A DNA stretch of 64,000 bases from Octopus vulgaris (GCA_951406725.2 OX597835.1:29884001-29948000); one strand, 5' to 3'. Numbered from the stretch's first letter, positions 1 through 15,135 are shown. Translations and numbers: made by a program. The notes: generated from the letters alone by a model not told the origin.

Positions 1-18
1 TGTGTATGTATGTATATG

Positions 19-74
<56 letters not shown>

Positions 75-97
75 ATGTATACATGTACACACAAGTG

Positions 98-170
<73 letters not shown>

Positions 171-574
171 GTGGTTTATGATGGTATTGGTGTTGTTGAT
201 TGCTCTAATGGAGATGGTGATGAACTAGGTGATGGAGGCGTTAGTGGGGGCACAGTTTTTGGTGATGATGATGACGACGATTGTATTATTCCTAATGGTG
301 ATGGTGGTGCTGGTGGTGGTGACGATGGTAGCAATAATAATCGAGTTAATGTTGATGTCGGTGGCTGGAGGTAAGCGTTGCTGTCTATGGTAGGGATGAC
401 GATGATGATGATGATGATGATGGATGGCGATGATGATGATGGTGATGACGACAACGACAACGACGATGATGATGATGAAGATGGCGATGAAGATAAGGAT
501 GGTGTTGTTGGCTGAGAAAATGATGATGATTGTGATGACAATGATGATAATGACATTGTCGACGATGACGATGT

Positions 575-626
<52 letters not shown>

Positions 627-862
627 ACTAAACTGTGCTTTATATTCTCTATCCGGACAATAACTCTATAGATGTTCAGATTATTAATGAAATATTAAGT
701 GCCCGGATGTAATTACCAGTTAGATTGGGGTTAGAACCACGAACAATAAGCACTGATTCTCCATACAGTACCCCACCATTACCCCCACACTTAACACCTC
801 TACACATCCCTCATCAATATCTTCTTTTCATTCATTCTTAATCTCTTCTTTATTCATTGTCT

Positions 863-929
<67 letters not shown>

Positions 930-2390
930 GTTGTTTTCAAAGTTTCATAAACTCTCCTCCTCATCATCAGCATCGTAATTTTCATCATCGACTCTGTCAT
1001 CATCCTTCTCATCGTCATTATCGTCGTCGTCATCATTGCCCTCCTACTCCTACTCCTCTTCGCCATCATCATCATTGCCATCGTTATTAGCATTAGTATC
1101 ATCTCCAATGCCACCCCCTATCCACCATCACAACCACCACCACAACCACCATCATCACAGCTACCTCCATCGTCGTCATAACCACCACCACCACCACCAC
1201 CACCACCACCATTACTACCGTCATCATTCCTACCATCTTCGCCGTTGTCATTGTCATCATGCTGATCATCATCATCATCCCCCTAATGATCATTTATGAA
1301 AACTCACCACCACCACCACCACCACCACCACCACCACCACCACCATCGCCTCTGGTTTCTTCTCACAGTTTCTATCTCCGTGTTTCAATATATTCGATAT
1401 TTCTCTGTCCAAGTCTGCGTATCTGGATCCATTTCGTCAATGTCCGTTACTGAGTTACTATTATACGTTGACCAAGCGGTATCAAAAATAGTACGGGACA
1501 TATCGTATACATTATAGCGATATCAGGCCACATCAGATCTACATCCTATACTCTATATATTTGTATATGTCGTACAATCTCACAATTTTCCTTCGCCATC
1601 ATCGTTTATTTAACGTTTTTACTTTGTGAGTGAGCCTATTAATTCTCAATATGACGTTCTTGTATAGCCCTAACCCAGCTCTGAGTGAAGAGAATCAAGA
1701 TAAATGACCATCCTGCCTTTTGATGTATCTAGTAATAATTTGTCTAAAAGTGTTTTTCATTATGTTTTACAGTAATAGACTGTTATTTCTGAGCTATTTC
1801 GCCGCCATATGTAACCGCTCGAGAGACTTCGATTAAGCTTCTTCGTTAGTCCAACTCCAGCTCGTTTCAAAAATTGGCGCGTATCAGTATTTGGGGGACG
1901 TCGTCAAAATTACCGTGAAAAATTACCAAGTCAAAATTACCGTGAACTTTGCAGTTTCCATTTTCCGACATTGAAATTGTAGCGTGTACACGACGCATAC
2001 AGAAACAGTGTTTAGTCCTACAACTAATATTTTGTGTTAGTCTCGCTTTTCAGGATTGTAGACGTCCATCAGATATATTCCCGCTCGTTTTGATATGTTG
2101 CTATTCTTCGTCTTTATCGTCTTGCCAGCTAATCAACGCTTTTTGCTCAATATCGCTTTTAATTTAAGTTCGTCTATAAATGTTAATCTGTAGACCGTAT
2201 ATTTAAAATTCTTATATCTACATTGCGTTTCAATAACTGCGGTTAGAAGATGTCATCAGGTATTTTAATTCTAGTTGTAAATATATTACCGCATCGAATT
2301 CTAACAAGGAGTGTTATGAACAAAATTGCAATTCTCAAGGTTGTTGTCTTTATCTTTAGAGTGCATGTTTAAACTAGCTATATTTTAACA

Positions 2391-3037
2391 GGCGCAGGCG
2401 TGGCTATGTGGTAAGGAAGTTTGCTTCCCAACTGCAAGGCTCTAGGTTCAGTACCACAACGTGGCACATTGTGCAAGGGTCTACTATTATAGCCACGGTC
2501 TGATCAAAGTCTTGAGAGTGGGTCTCGCTGCGTGGTACTTTAGACAAGTGTGTCTTCTACTATAGCCTCGGGCCAACCAAAGACTTGTGGGAGGATTTGG
2601 TAGACGGAAACTGAAAGAACCCCTTCGTATATATGTTTGTGTGTCTTTGTGTCAGGGTTAGTCCTCCCTTCGTAAGAACCCCATGGCTCCAGGTTCAGTC
2701 CCACTGCGTGGCACCTTGGAAAACTGTCTTCCACTATAGCCACAGGCCGACCAAAGATTTGTACGTGGATTTCGTAGACGGAAACTAAAAGAAGCCCGTC
2801 GTATATATGTATATGCATATATCTATGTGTGTGTGTATTTGTGTCTGTGTTTGTCCTCCCTACCCCACCACTTGACAACCGGTGTTGGTGTGTTTACGTT
2901 CCTGTAACCTAGCGGTTTTGTTAAAGAGAACGATGGAATAAGTACAAACGTTCTCGGGTCGATTTGTTTGACTACATCTTTTCGAGGCGGTGCCCCAGCA
3001 TGACCGCAATCAAATGACTGAAAGCAATAAAAAGAAG
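2391..3037 (+). mobile_element. tRNA-derived SINE family A, rearranged partial tandem copies
   Basis: Head GGCGCAGGCGTGGCTATGTGGTAAG, core CCTTGG..GTGTCTTC..CTATAGCC repeated three times, tail CAAATGACTGAAA. Confidence 0.8.
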
Positions 3038-3453
3038 ATAAAATAAAAATATAAAATAAAATGTTACTTCCAGATTGAAGTTTCATTAAGAATACTTGTT
3101 ACTGAAGAATTTACAAGTTCGAAATAATGGATCTATGTTAGGCAAGAGCATCGGATAGAAATGTCTAACGGGGTTTAGTCGTTTTACTTTAGGATGTAAG
3201 CTCAGATGTAATGTTGCCTTTCATCTTTGGAAGGGGTCAATAATTGAAATAGTGGGGCAGGTTTAATTGACTAAACCTAATTTTTAATTTGTGGCCTTGT
3301 GCTTATGATAGAAATAAAAATAAAAATAATAATATTATTACCATGACAAGTATGATAATAATAGAAACGACGACGACAACAACAACAACAACAATAATAA
3401 TAATAATAATAATAATTATTATTATTATTATTATTATTATCATTATTATTATT

Positions 3454-3547
<94 letters not shown>

Positions 3548-3617
3548 CTAGAGGTTAGAAAACGATTGCCTTTTTATCAAACATTGAATGATATTGCTGT
3601 AAATATACATATATATA

Positions 3618-3648
<31 letters not shown>

Positions 3649-3873
3649 GTGTATATGTATACATATATATGTGTATATGTATATATATATATGTGTGTGT
3701 ATACATACATGTATATATATATATATACATGTATTATCAAATTTATGTAAAATGTGTTTTTATGGAATGTGCAACGAAATAAAAATGAAATAAATAGAAA
3801 AAGCGAAAAAAAAAAAGTAATGATAACTACCAGAACAAAAACGATAGCTATAACAACAACAGCAATAATCATA

Positions 3874-3914
<41 letters not shown>

Positions 3915-4182
3915 AATAAACATCATCATCATCAGAAGTAGACGACGAACGCTATTGCAGATATTGAGAAGGACATTTTGTTTCCGCCTCTGCAGTCACA
4001 GATTACTGCAAACGTGTAGATATATATGCAGTGATGTCTTGAGGCTAAGTTATCTAACTTATCTATCAGTGATCACTCGATTATCAGCCCTTGATATTGT
4101 CTTTTAGGGATAAAGACGACAACATGACATATATTACTCACGAGTGCGCTCGCGGCTGTGCGTGCTCATATATATATATACA

Positions 4183-4250
<68 letters not shown>

Positions 4251-4256
4251 TATATA

Positions 4257-4303
<47 letters not shown>

Positions 4304-5246
4304 GTATATATATATGTATGTATGTACATATATATATATGTACGTATATATATATCTACATACATGCACACACATATGTGTATGAATACAAATACATATA
4401 CCACACAAACAAAACCATCACGTACAAAATAAAATGGCATACAAAAGTACAAATACATATATACGCATATACACATACATATGCATATATATATATATAT
4501 ATATACGCAGACATATTTACACGCAAATACACTTGCATTGACCAAAATACTCATACAGATTCGATTTCCTTGAATGTTAGAAAAAGACCCCTGGGGTTAG
4601 AAAAAAAAAAGGTGATACGATTGCGAAAAAGAAATAAAAAGCCGGCCCCCATCAACGAAAAATAATAAAAAAACAAAACAAAAAGGAACAAAAGATACTA
4701 GAAAGGAGAAATGCATCAATTGGACAAAGTTTATAACCTTATCAATATATTATATTATTATATACTTATTATGAGAAGAGAGATCAAACAGATGTTGACA
4801 CATCTATTTATATACATCCGTATGATAAACAACATACAGGTCATTGCAAAAATATGTTGTGTGTGTATGTGTGTGATATATATATATACATATACATTCA
4901 TATATACACACATACATATATATATATATATTTAAATATATACATATATGCAGGTGTAATACAATAATAAATGTCACATATATATATTATGTTGTACAAA
5001 TATATATATATATATATACCTGAACATATATATATGTATATGTATGCATATATACATAACTATATATATATAAAATTTAAATATGCATATAAATATAAAT
5101 ATATTATTATATATATATATATGTGTGTGTGTTAATAAATATATATGCGTTTATGTTTGTGTGTATATATATATATATATACACACACACATATATATGC
5201 ATATATGTATGTGTTTATATATGTATATATATATGCATGTATATAT

Positions 5247-5347
<101 letters not shown>

Positions 5348-5559
5348 TCTAAATTCATGCATTCGTTGATCACTTTCTAGTTTTTGCACTGAATAAGACA
5401 CACATATACACAGCACATATACCAAATATATGTATATATTTAGGTATGTATGAATAAATATATGTATGTATATATATATATATATATTACACATATACAT
5501 ACGTGTTTATATGTGTGTATATATATTCGTAAATATATATATATATGTATATATATAGA

Positions 5560-5605
<46 letters not shown>

Positions 5606-6074
5606 CAATGTACATATATATATATATATATTTGTTTCTATATATTTTTGTTTATATATGTATATATATCTTTGTTTATATTTCACTTTTATATTCTTTT
5701 ACCAGTTTATTCTACCATTACATATTGCATTATAGTATATCATATCATATTACATTACATTATATTATATTATATATTATATTATATTACGTTATATATA
5801 TTTATGTTTTTCATTATTATTTGTTGCATTTCAGGTAATCATTTTCTTTTCTAATATTCTTTAATATTCTCTAAGTTTATACGTTAGCAAATTGTGTCAC
5901 CATCTTTCCACACCCTACTCATATTCAACTCTCTCTCACACACACGCACACATACATATGCACACTCTAATAAATAATAACACGTAGTCACATCTCCACA
6001 TGCATTAACGTACCCACACGTCTACATATCTGTAGTCACCAGGTTCATACTTTCATTAAACAATATTATTATAG

Positions 6075-6870
6075 GAAAGCAGAGTCGTTAGCAAGTTCTG
6101 AGTTCAAATTCTGCCAGGGTCCACTTTGCCTTTCATCCGTTCACGCTCGATAAAATAAGTACCAGCTGAGCACTGGGGTCGAGGTAATTGATTTAGCCCC
6201 TTCCTGAAACCTGCTAGCTTTGTGCCAAAATTTGAGATCGATATTTTGGTCATAGGAATGGCGGCGGGCTGGCAAAATTCGTTAGCACTCTGAGTTCAAA
6301 TTCCGCCAAGGTCCACTTTGCCTTTCGTCCTTTCCCTCACGATAAAATAGATACCAGTTGAACACTGGGGTCGAGGTATGCGACTTAATCCCTCCCCCAA
6401 AACTGCTGACGATATGCCAAAATTTGAAACTAATATTATTATTATTATAGGAAGGCAAAGACAGCGAGCTACCAGAATCGTTAGCACGCTGGGCGAAATG
6501 CTTTAGCGGTATTTCGTCTGTCACTGCGTTCTGAGTTCAAATTCTGCCGAGGTCGACTTTGATTTTCATCGTTTCGGGGTCGATAAATTATGTACCAGTA
6601 AAACACGGAGGTCGACTAGTCTCCTCCCCACCAAATTCCGGGACTTGTGCTTTTAGTGGAAAGGATTATTATAGGAAGGAGCGACGTGGCAGAATCGTTG
6701 GCATACTGGATAAAATATTTACCGGCGTTTGGCTCGTCTTTACGTTCTGAGTTCAAATTTCACCAAGGCCAATTTCCACTTCCTTTTCTTTCGCGATCGA
6801 CTAAATAAGTATTTCTTTTCGTGATCGAGTAAATAATTACCCTTTGAGAATAGGGGTCGATGTAATCGAG
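6075..6870 (+). mobile_element. Cluster of four SINE family B copies
   Basis: Repeated GTTAGCA..TCTGAGTTCAAATTC..GGTCGACTTTGCCTTTCATCC..GGTCGATAAA..GTACCAG module. Confidence 0.8.
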
Positions 6871-7339
6871 TTGCCCGGTCGTGTCTCATTGTTTTGAACC
6901 TGAGGCAACTTCCATTTGTTTATGTCTGATTCTTGCTCTTATCATCGATGAAATATTTTGTGGGCAATTTCGTCAGACCTTCAGGCCTTGATGAGGCCTT
7001 TGATTTCGTGAGGCTTGAGTTAGTGGAAAGAGGCAGATGTATGTTTGTTTTCCTATTTTCACCAACTGTACGGGGTACAGGAATCTTTGAGGTGATTTAA
7101 GTTGCTAAGTACGATACGTTTCTTTTTCCTACCCTCTACTAACACCAGCATCTGCTCACTTTCTCCGAAACAGACTCCTCTTCCACCAAAAAAACAAAAA
7201 GAAAAAAATAGGAATGCATGTGTCTTCTTCTGGGGTAACCAGTATATTGAGAATCCAGTCCTGTGGAATTGGACGGAGATTAAGGGTGGATTTCACCCCC
7301 GAAATAAAGCTAACAGTAAAGTTTCCTTCACGGCTCATA

Positions 7340-7558
7340 CAGACTCATAAGGGCCGGTTTCCCAGTTTCCATGGCATGTGAATTCCCCACATGGACGGGA
7401 CGCCAGTCTGCTGCAGGATTACTAATTTGTTTTCAGCTGAGTGGACAGGAGCAACGTAAAATGACGTGTTTTGCTCAAGAACACAACGTGTTTCCCGGTC
7501 CAAGACTCGAAACCACAATCTTACGATCATGAGTTCAACACCCCTAACCACTAAGCCA
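7340..7558 (-). mobile_element. tRNA-derived SINE with family C head and V-SINE-like body
   Basis: Minus strand TGGCTTAGTGGTTAG A-box, GTTTCGAGTC B-box, TTGTGTTCTTGAGCAA, GACTGGCGTCCCGTCC. Confidence 0.65.
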
Positions 7559-8511
7559 TCCTGAATGGACTGGAGCAACGTGAAATGAAGTGTTTTCCAT
7601 TATAGCTTTGAAAAAATAACTGTTCAAATCGAACTGCACTCTTCAAAACTTGCACTAAGAATAAGGAAAAGATAAAATTACTACCTGCTTTTACAGCAAG
7701 TTGATGCAGGTAGTTTATTCTGTCCACCCCCGACTTTTAGTACATGCAACTGAAAAAACCCGCATTATTTATAGGATAATCCAATAATATTTACATATTA
7801 AATTCCCAAAGTGTGTAATTTTTCTGATATATATTACATCTAATTTTCCTTTGCATCCCTTATTCGTCCAAAAGCACTAACAAAGTAAATAAATTTCGAA
7901 GGATTGAAGGTCAGTAGAAGAATTTATGAATAAATAAGGCATATTGACAAGTTAAGGCGCCGGAATGGCTGTGTAGCCTGCTTACTGCTACAAAGTTCCG
8001 CGTTGTTTTTCGTCGCGGTGGAAGTTTAGTCGTACGTGAAAAATTGAACATTTGAAGCACGACTACAAATAAAGCATTTGTTTTTTGGGGAGCTTAGTGG
8101 GGTCTGCTGTTTGTATTTATGTATTTTTTTTTCGAACAGGGGTCCCCACTGGGATCCAGGCATTTGTTTGCCAGTGGTCGTGTAAGAAGACTCACTTCGT
8201 AGTGAGAATTGTATTTATTTTGGGAGGCGTGTCCCTCCGAAAACTTTTAAAAATTTTCTATGACTGTGTTTGTGCCCTTTCAAGTGGATTTTTACCATAA
8301 AGGATAGGAATACAGCCAGAGTTGCGCGGAATACAGTTTGGATTATCAGAGTAGCAGAACTGTGTTGTGTTGTGTTACCATTTGGGATTATTTTCCTTCG
8401 CTCTTTCTTCTCCTGTCTGTCTTTCTGATCTTTTTTGAGTTTCTTTATAGACTTTCATTTGAAAATTTTGATTTTTGTTTGTGGATTTTGATTTTTGTTT
8501 TGGCTATAAAC

Positions 8512-9145
8512 ATGGCAACTGTGAATTCCGCTTTGGAGTGGCAAATTGTGGCCCCCGTAGAATGGTTGAAAAAATATACAGAGAGGACAGTAGTGTTAAG
8601 GACATATTCTAAGGTCCTTGACACCATTAAGGTTTTCTCTCAGGAAGAAATTGAGGAGGAGTTGACAGACTATCTGTCAACTGTTAGGTTTATTCTCAGG
8701 GGTGCGAAGTTCGCAACTGTGTGTGTATTTTTTGACACCCTTGCGGAAGCTCGGGATTTTGCGAGCATGCCTTTGGAGGGGGAGAAAATTTTGTTTCTCC
8801 CTATTTATGGCGGTAGAATGTTGACAAGAGCCTGGGTGTGTGGGCTGCCACACGGTATAGAGGTCGAGTGGATAGAAGACATTATCCGTCGGGGTCTCGG
8901 TGGCGGCCCTGCCAGGCTCTTAAATATAAGACTATTGCCTGCGGTTGATTGGGTCGGGTCAAAATTGCTTTTGACCCTATGGACCCAATCAGCCGATGAT
9001 CTGGTTTTACCAGATTTTTTAACAATGGCCGGTTCCAGGTATCCGGTGATGGTTGAGGGACGTCCCCACCAAGTTTTACCTGTGCCTGGAATCGGGCCAT
9101 ATAAAGAAGAACTGTTGTCGGGACCAGGCAAGTGTCCTGGAATAG
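8512..9145 (+). pseudogene. L1/Tx1-type LINE ORF1 remnant (frameshifted, 3'-truncated element)
   Basis: Complex ORF MATVNSALEW...VMVEGRP, then a +1 frame continuation TK-FYLCLESGHIKKNC (9074-9115), a CX2CX4HX4C zinc knuckle with the first C mutated. No ORF2 follows. Confidence 0.7.
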
Positions 9146-9543
9146 TTAATTGAAAAGGTGTCCCCTGCTCCCCCAGTGGAGGAAAAAGTCGAGGAGGAGG
9201 AGGTAACCTCCTCGAAAACAAGGGGGAAGAAAAGACGCAAATAGCATATTTTGATACAAAAAAATGTACATATCCATATTGGGATTTATAAGTATTTTCT
9301 GTGTAGTGTAGTCTTTAGTAAATGCTTTTTCATAAAAGTTACACACGCACACACAAACACAAACTCACGCACGAACACACAAACACACGCATACATTTCA
9401 AAAAGTTGCCTCTGAACAATAAGGGCTGAAAGCAATTTATGCTCAGAAAATATATTTATTAAAATTATTTTACGACGCTTTGCAAATACTCTCGAACAGA
9501 TCGGTCGTTCTGAACGATATACATATATATATATTTACATACA

Positions 9544-9631
<88 letters not shown>

Positions 9632-9787
9632 ATATATATATATAAATATATGTGTACATATACATATATAAATATAAATATATATGCTTATATATATATA
9701 CATACATACATACATATATATATACATATATATATATATAAATATAAATATATAGATTTATATATATATATATATATATATGAATAT

Positions 9788-9851
<64 letters not shown>

Positions 9852-10174
9852 CATAATACAATCATGTCATGGCATTGTGTGTGTACTAGAGTGACGGATA
9901 TACCCAAATGTACACAGTCACAACAAACGCATCCATACATACACACATACACACGCACACAAACACACACAAGCGTGCACATACATTCTCACTCACACAC
10001 AGACATGCATGCACAAGCATATACGCAAACAAACAAAGAAACAAAGCAACGAACAAACAAACTCAGGAATCTGCTTGTGAGAGCGATATTTCTTTGAAAC
10101 TTATTTGCCAAGAGGGAAATAGGGAATAATTACTGATAGAAAGAAGCTATTCGTCTACAGGACACGCGCACACA

Positions 10175-10222
<48 letters not shown>

Positions 10223-10850
10223 TATATATATATATACACATGTATAAATATATATATATATATATATATGTACACACACACTCGAACACATACACACAGA
10301 AATACACACAGACACACACACACACGCGCACACATATATATATATATATATATATACATACAAAGATATATGTGTGTGTGTGTGCATGTGTGTATGCATA
10401 TATGTAGGTGTGTATAAGTTTGATTGTTCTTGTTGTTCTTGTTGGAGTTGCAATGTTTTTGTCTTTTTCATTTTATTTCTTCACACATACATGTACACAC
10501 ACACACAGACATATATATATATATACAAACATATATATGTGTGTGTGCGTGTGTGTATGCATATATGTAGGTGTGTATAAATTGGAGTATATTATAGATA
10601 GAGAGTTCGATGAATAGATATGAAGACGGTCAGACACCGATAGAATATGCGTATGTACATGTGTGTGTGTTCGCGCGCGTGTGTGTGAAGAAATGAACTG
10701 AAATTAAACAAAAGCATTGCAACTCCAAGAAGAAGAACAAGAAAAACCAAACAAAAACAAAACTAAGTAAAAAACTAAGTAAAAAAATGAAGAAAATAAT
10801 CATAGCATCTCACCAGAAGTGCTGCGGTTATGACTAAAACGTGTGTCCAA

Positions 10851-11040
10851 GATGACGGCCACCACTTACCCTACACTTACCCTACAACGATGACGGCCAC
10901 CACTTACCCTACACTTACCCTACAACGATGACGGCCACCACTTACCCTACACTTACCCTACAACGATGACGGCCACCACTTACCCTACACTTACCCTACA
11001 ACGATGACGGCCACCACTTACCCTACACTTACCCTACAAC
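10851..11040. repeat. 38-bp minisatellite, 5 identical copies
   Basis: GATGACGGCCACCACTTACCCTACACTTACCCTACAAC at 10851, 10889, 10927, 10965 and 11003. Confidence 0.95.
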
Positions 11041-11816
11041 GATCACCACGACCACGACCACGACTACCACCGCCATTACCATCACTCCAGCACGATTACC
11101 ATCACAATCATCACCAATACTATTAACAGAACCAGCAGCAGCAGCAACAGCAGGACAACCACCACCACCACCACCACCACCACCTCCACCACCACCATCA
11201 TCACCAACGCTACCACCACCATCACCACCACCATCACCACCGACACAACCATCATCAAACGCCACTGTCATCGTTAACACTACCAACACCACCGCGAAGA
11301 CTGCCACCTTCACCACCACCTTCACCACCACCAACACCACCATCAATACCACCTTCACCACCGCCACAACCATAACCAACGCCACCGTCATCGTTAACAC
11401 TACAAACCCCACCACAACCACCACCACCACCACCGTAACAACAACAACACAAACACCAGCACCATGACGATAACAACAACAACAACAACAAGAGCAAGAT
11501 TAATAAGAATCCCAACGAAAGGAACAATATTGAAACATTGTTAATAGATAAATAGAATAATGGAAATATAGAAACGTGTATAGAAAGGTAATGCTGCAGG
11601 GCAGAGAGTATGGTGATGACGATGATGATGATGATGATGAGAGAGAGAGAGAGAGAGAGAGGAGGGAAAGAGAGGGAGAGAGACAGTCGTTTTATGTTGT
11701 GTGCGTTAGATACTCCACTAATAAGACAATTGTATTACTCATCTAAATGTATTACTATATTGTACGGAATATTACTCATCCGGATGACGGAACCGAAGTG
11801 ACAAACAATATGTTTG

Positions 11817-11897
<81 letters not shown>

Positions 11898-12094
11898 GCA
11901 TATATATACATACATATACATATGTATATATATATATTTGTTGAAATAGAAAGATGAATTTTCTTGTTACAGATTATTCAAAAGTTTAACCGATACCTGG
12001 GTAGCAAAAATCACAGCAGAAAACCACGGTTGGAGATAAGACCATTTGGTGTTGCAACCGTGCGTTGGTGCGGATAATTGAAGTTTAATATTAT

Positions 12095-12194
12095 TAGTGA
12101 ATGGAAGAAATGGAGTTGAACGAAGATTGTATTACGAATGTAATAAAAGGAATTCTGTACAATCTTCGTTCAACTCCATTTCTTCCATTCACTA
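12095..12194. repeat. Perfect 37-bp inverted repeat (26-nt spacer) ending in (TA)n
   Basis: 12095-12131 is the reverse complement of 12158-12194. Confidence 0.9.
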
Positions 12195-12506
12195 TATATA
12201 TATATATACATACATACACACATACATATGTATATATATACATATGTATATATATAAACATATATATATATATATATATATATATGCATATTTATGTATA
12301 TATATATACATATATATATACACACACAAACACATATATATGTATATATATATACATACATATATATATACATTTATATATATATGTTTATATATATATA
12401 TTTGTATACACACATACACACACACATATATGTATATATCTACACAAGTATTTTGTACATGTGCGTTTTCTGCGTTAAATGGAGAAGCGGTGACGAGTGA
12501 TAATTC

Positions 12507-12921
12507 TGTAAATAATAATAAGAATTATAAGCTTAAAGATTATAAGAGATCACCACGTATCCCTTAAAAAATGCCCAGAAAAGTCTGATATTGAGGCATG
12601 TGAGTCCTCGACGAAAAAAGTGGGTTTCACTACGCATGGGACACGAACCCACACCTCTTATATTCGTGATAAGTGTGCTAACCATTATATCAACTTAACT
12701 GTTATATTAACTCACCCACTCAGCACCACCACAGTGGGTAAGTTGGTGTACTGGTTAGCAAGCTTCTTTCGAATATAAGAGGTGTGGGTTCGAGTCATAT
12801 TTGTACTGACACCGACTTTTTTTCCGTCGAGAGCTTATATGCCCTAATATTAGACGATTTTCTGTAGCCAGTACACTGTGGTCGCTTAGAAGCTATAAGC
12901 TTATAAATATTATTATTTACA
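12507..12921. repeat. Diverged palindrome with two outward-facing tRNA-like (A/B-box) units
   Basis: Arms share TGGTTAGCA..CGAATATAAGAGGTGTGGGTTCG..ACTTTTTT..CGTCGAG. Confidence 0.8.
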
Positions 12922-12961
12922 AAATATTTATACATATATCTGTATACATATACACATACAT

Positions 12962-13010
<49 letters not shown>

Positions 13011-13012
13011 CG

Positions 13013-13060
<48 letters not shown>

Positions 13061-13062
<2 letters not shown>

Positions 13063-13222
13063 TGGAGGAGTGGCTGTGTGGTTAGTTGCTTGCTTCCCAA
13101 GCACATGGATCAGCGTTTAGTACCAATGTGTGTCATCTTGGGCAAGTGTCTTCTACTATAGCCTCGGGCCGACCAAAGCCTTGTGATTGGATTTGGTAGA
13201 CGGAAACTGAAAGAAGCCCGCC

Positions 13223-13259
<37 letters not shown>

Positions 13260-13457
13260 TGTCTGGTTTTGTCCACCGACATCGCTTGACAACCGATGCT
13301 GGTGTGTTTACGTCCCCGTTACTTAGCGTTTCGGCAAATGAGACCGATAGAATAAGTACTTGGCTTACAAAGAATAAGTTCTGGGGTCGATTTTCCTCGA
13401 CTAAAGGCGGTGCTCCTGCAAGGCCGCAGTCACATGAGTGAAACAAGTAAAAGAGTA
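13061..13457 (+). mobile_element. SINE family A, full length
   Basis: Head, core, internal (TG)n and GTAAAAGA tail. Confidence 0.9.
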
Positions 13458-13641
13458 ATTATACACCTAATTTTAGAAAGGGATCAGCTTTATGCCTCAC
13501 CACGCACTGCTAAAAATAGAGGTTAAGGTCCCTATTACCATCTCGGAAATTTTAAGTTGGTAATTTGATCGTTAACGTCTATTTCTAGCAGTGCGTGGTG
13601 AGGTATAAATCTGCTCCCTTCTTATAATTATGTATATAATT
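13457..13641. repeat. Diverged fold-back inverted repeat
   Basis: CCTCACCACGCACTGCTA / TAGCAGTGCGTGGTGAGG with imperfect flanking symmetry. Confidence 0.85.
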
Positions 13642-13681
13642 ATAAAGTATTTCATATATACACATATATCTTGTATCGTTT

Positions 13682-14056
13682 ATCTTTTACTTGTTTCACT
13701 CAATAGACTACGGCCATGCTGGGGCACCACCTTCAAAAATATTTGTCGTCAAATGAATCGACCTTAACACTTATTTTATAGGTCACTTTTACCGAACCGC
13801 TAAGTTACGGGGACGTAAACACACCACCACCGGTTGTGAAGCGGTGGTGGGGGAAAAACACAGACACAAAGACACACACTTACACACATATATACACGCA
13901 CACAAATACACCCATTCACCCATATATATATATTCACAACGGGCTTCATTCAATTTCCGGCTACCAAATCCACTTGCCCAAGGTGTCACGCAGTGGGACT
14001 GAACTCAGAACCATGTGGCTTGGAACGAAGCTACTTACCACACAGTTACACCTGCT
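13682..14056 (-). mobile_element. SINE family A with internal deletion
   Basis: Reverse-complement match to family A. Confidence 0.85.
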
Positions 14057-14539
14057 TGCTGCAGTCTTTTACACCCTTCTAAATGCACACAAGATAAGCC
14101 GTGTCTTAGGTGTAAAATATAAACATATAATAAGATATAAAGGGTAGCAATGACTTGTCCATGGTTTTGGTGAAGAATTTGGCAAGTAAGCCTTCTGGGA
14201 ATAAGCCCAGAAAGCAGGTCTTCAATTCTATTCTGTTATTCTGCCATTCTGATATTTCATGATTGTTTTATGTTCTTATATTATTGTATTCCTATGAAAT
14301 TATTCTCGTCGTCTCTTCCGCGGCGTGGCGTGCAGAGGGATGTGACGTAACGACAATTGACTTGTGTGACATGATTAGTGACATGTGACTTAAGTTGACG
14401 TCACATTACTGAATAGAAAAATCACATATGTGCATGCACATGTATATCGGTGCATATACATGCATGTGTACGCATGTATGTATGTATGTATGTATGTATG
14501 TGAGAATGCATGCATGTGTATGTATGTGCGTATGTATGC

Positions 14540-14588
<49 letters not shown>

Positions 14589-14610
14589 TATATACGTGTG
14601 TGTATATATA

Positions 14611-14642
<32 letters not shown>

Positions 14643-14656
14643 CATGTATATATATA

Positions 14657-14707
<51 letters not shown>

Positions 14708-14774
14708 ATATATGTAAATTTTATGCAATACATTATACAACCATACACATTCATATATGTACATACATACGCAT

Positions 14775-14828
<54 letters not shown>

Positions 14829-15135
14829 GGGGAGAGAGAGAGAGAGATGAAGCGAGCTATGAAGAGAAAAATAGCGACAATATCACATCCCCAACCATCA
14901 CCATAACCACTATCTCCACCACCTCCACCACCTCTACCACCAAGCACCAACAAAATCCTCACCGCCACCGCCACCACCACCACCACCACCACTACCACTG
15001 TTACCATTATTATTAAGATTATTAACAACAATAAAATCAATAGCAATACATACGTTCTCCAATAATGAGAACAATAACTACTACTGCTACTACTACTACT
15101 ACTACTAGTAGTAGTAGTAGTAGTAGTTGTAGTAA

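Noticed and set aside
3102-3140. CTGAAGA...GAAA hammerhead-like motif
   Set aside because: Stems I and III cannot form.
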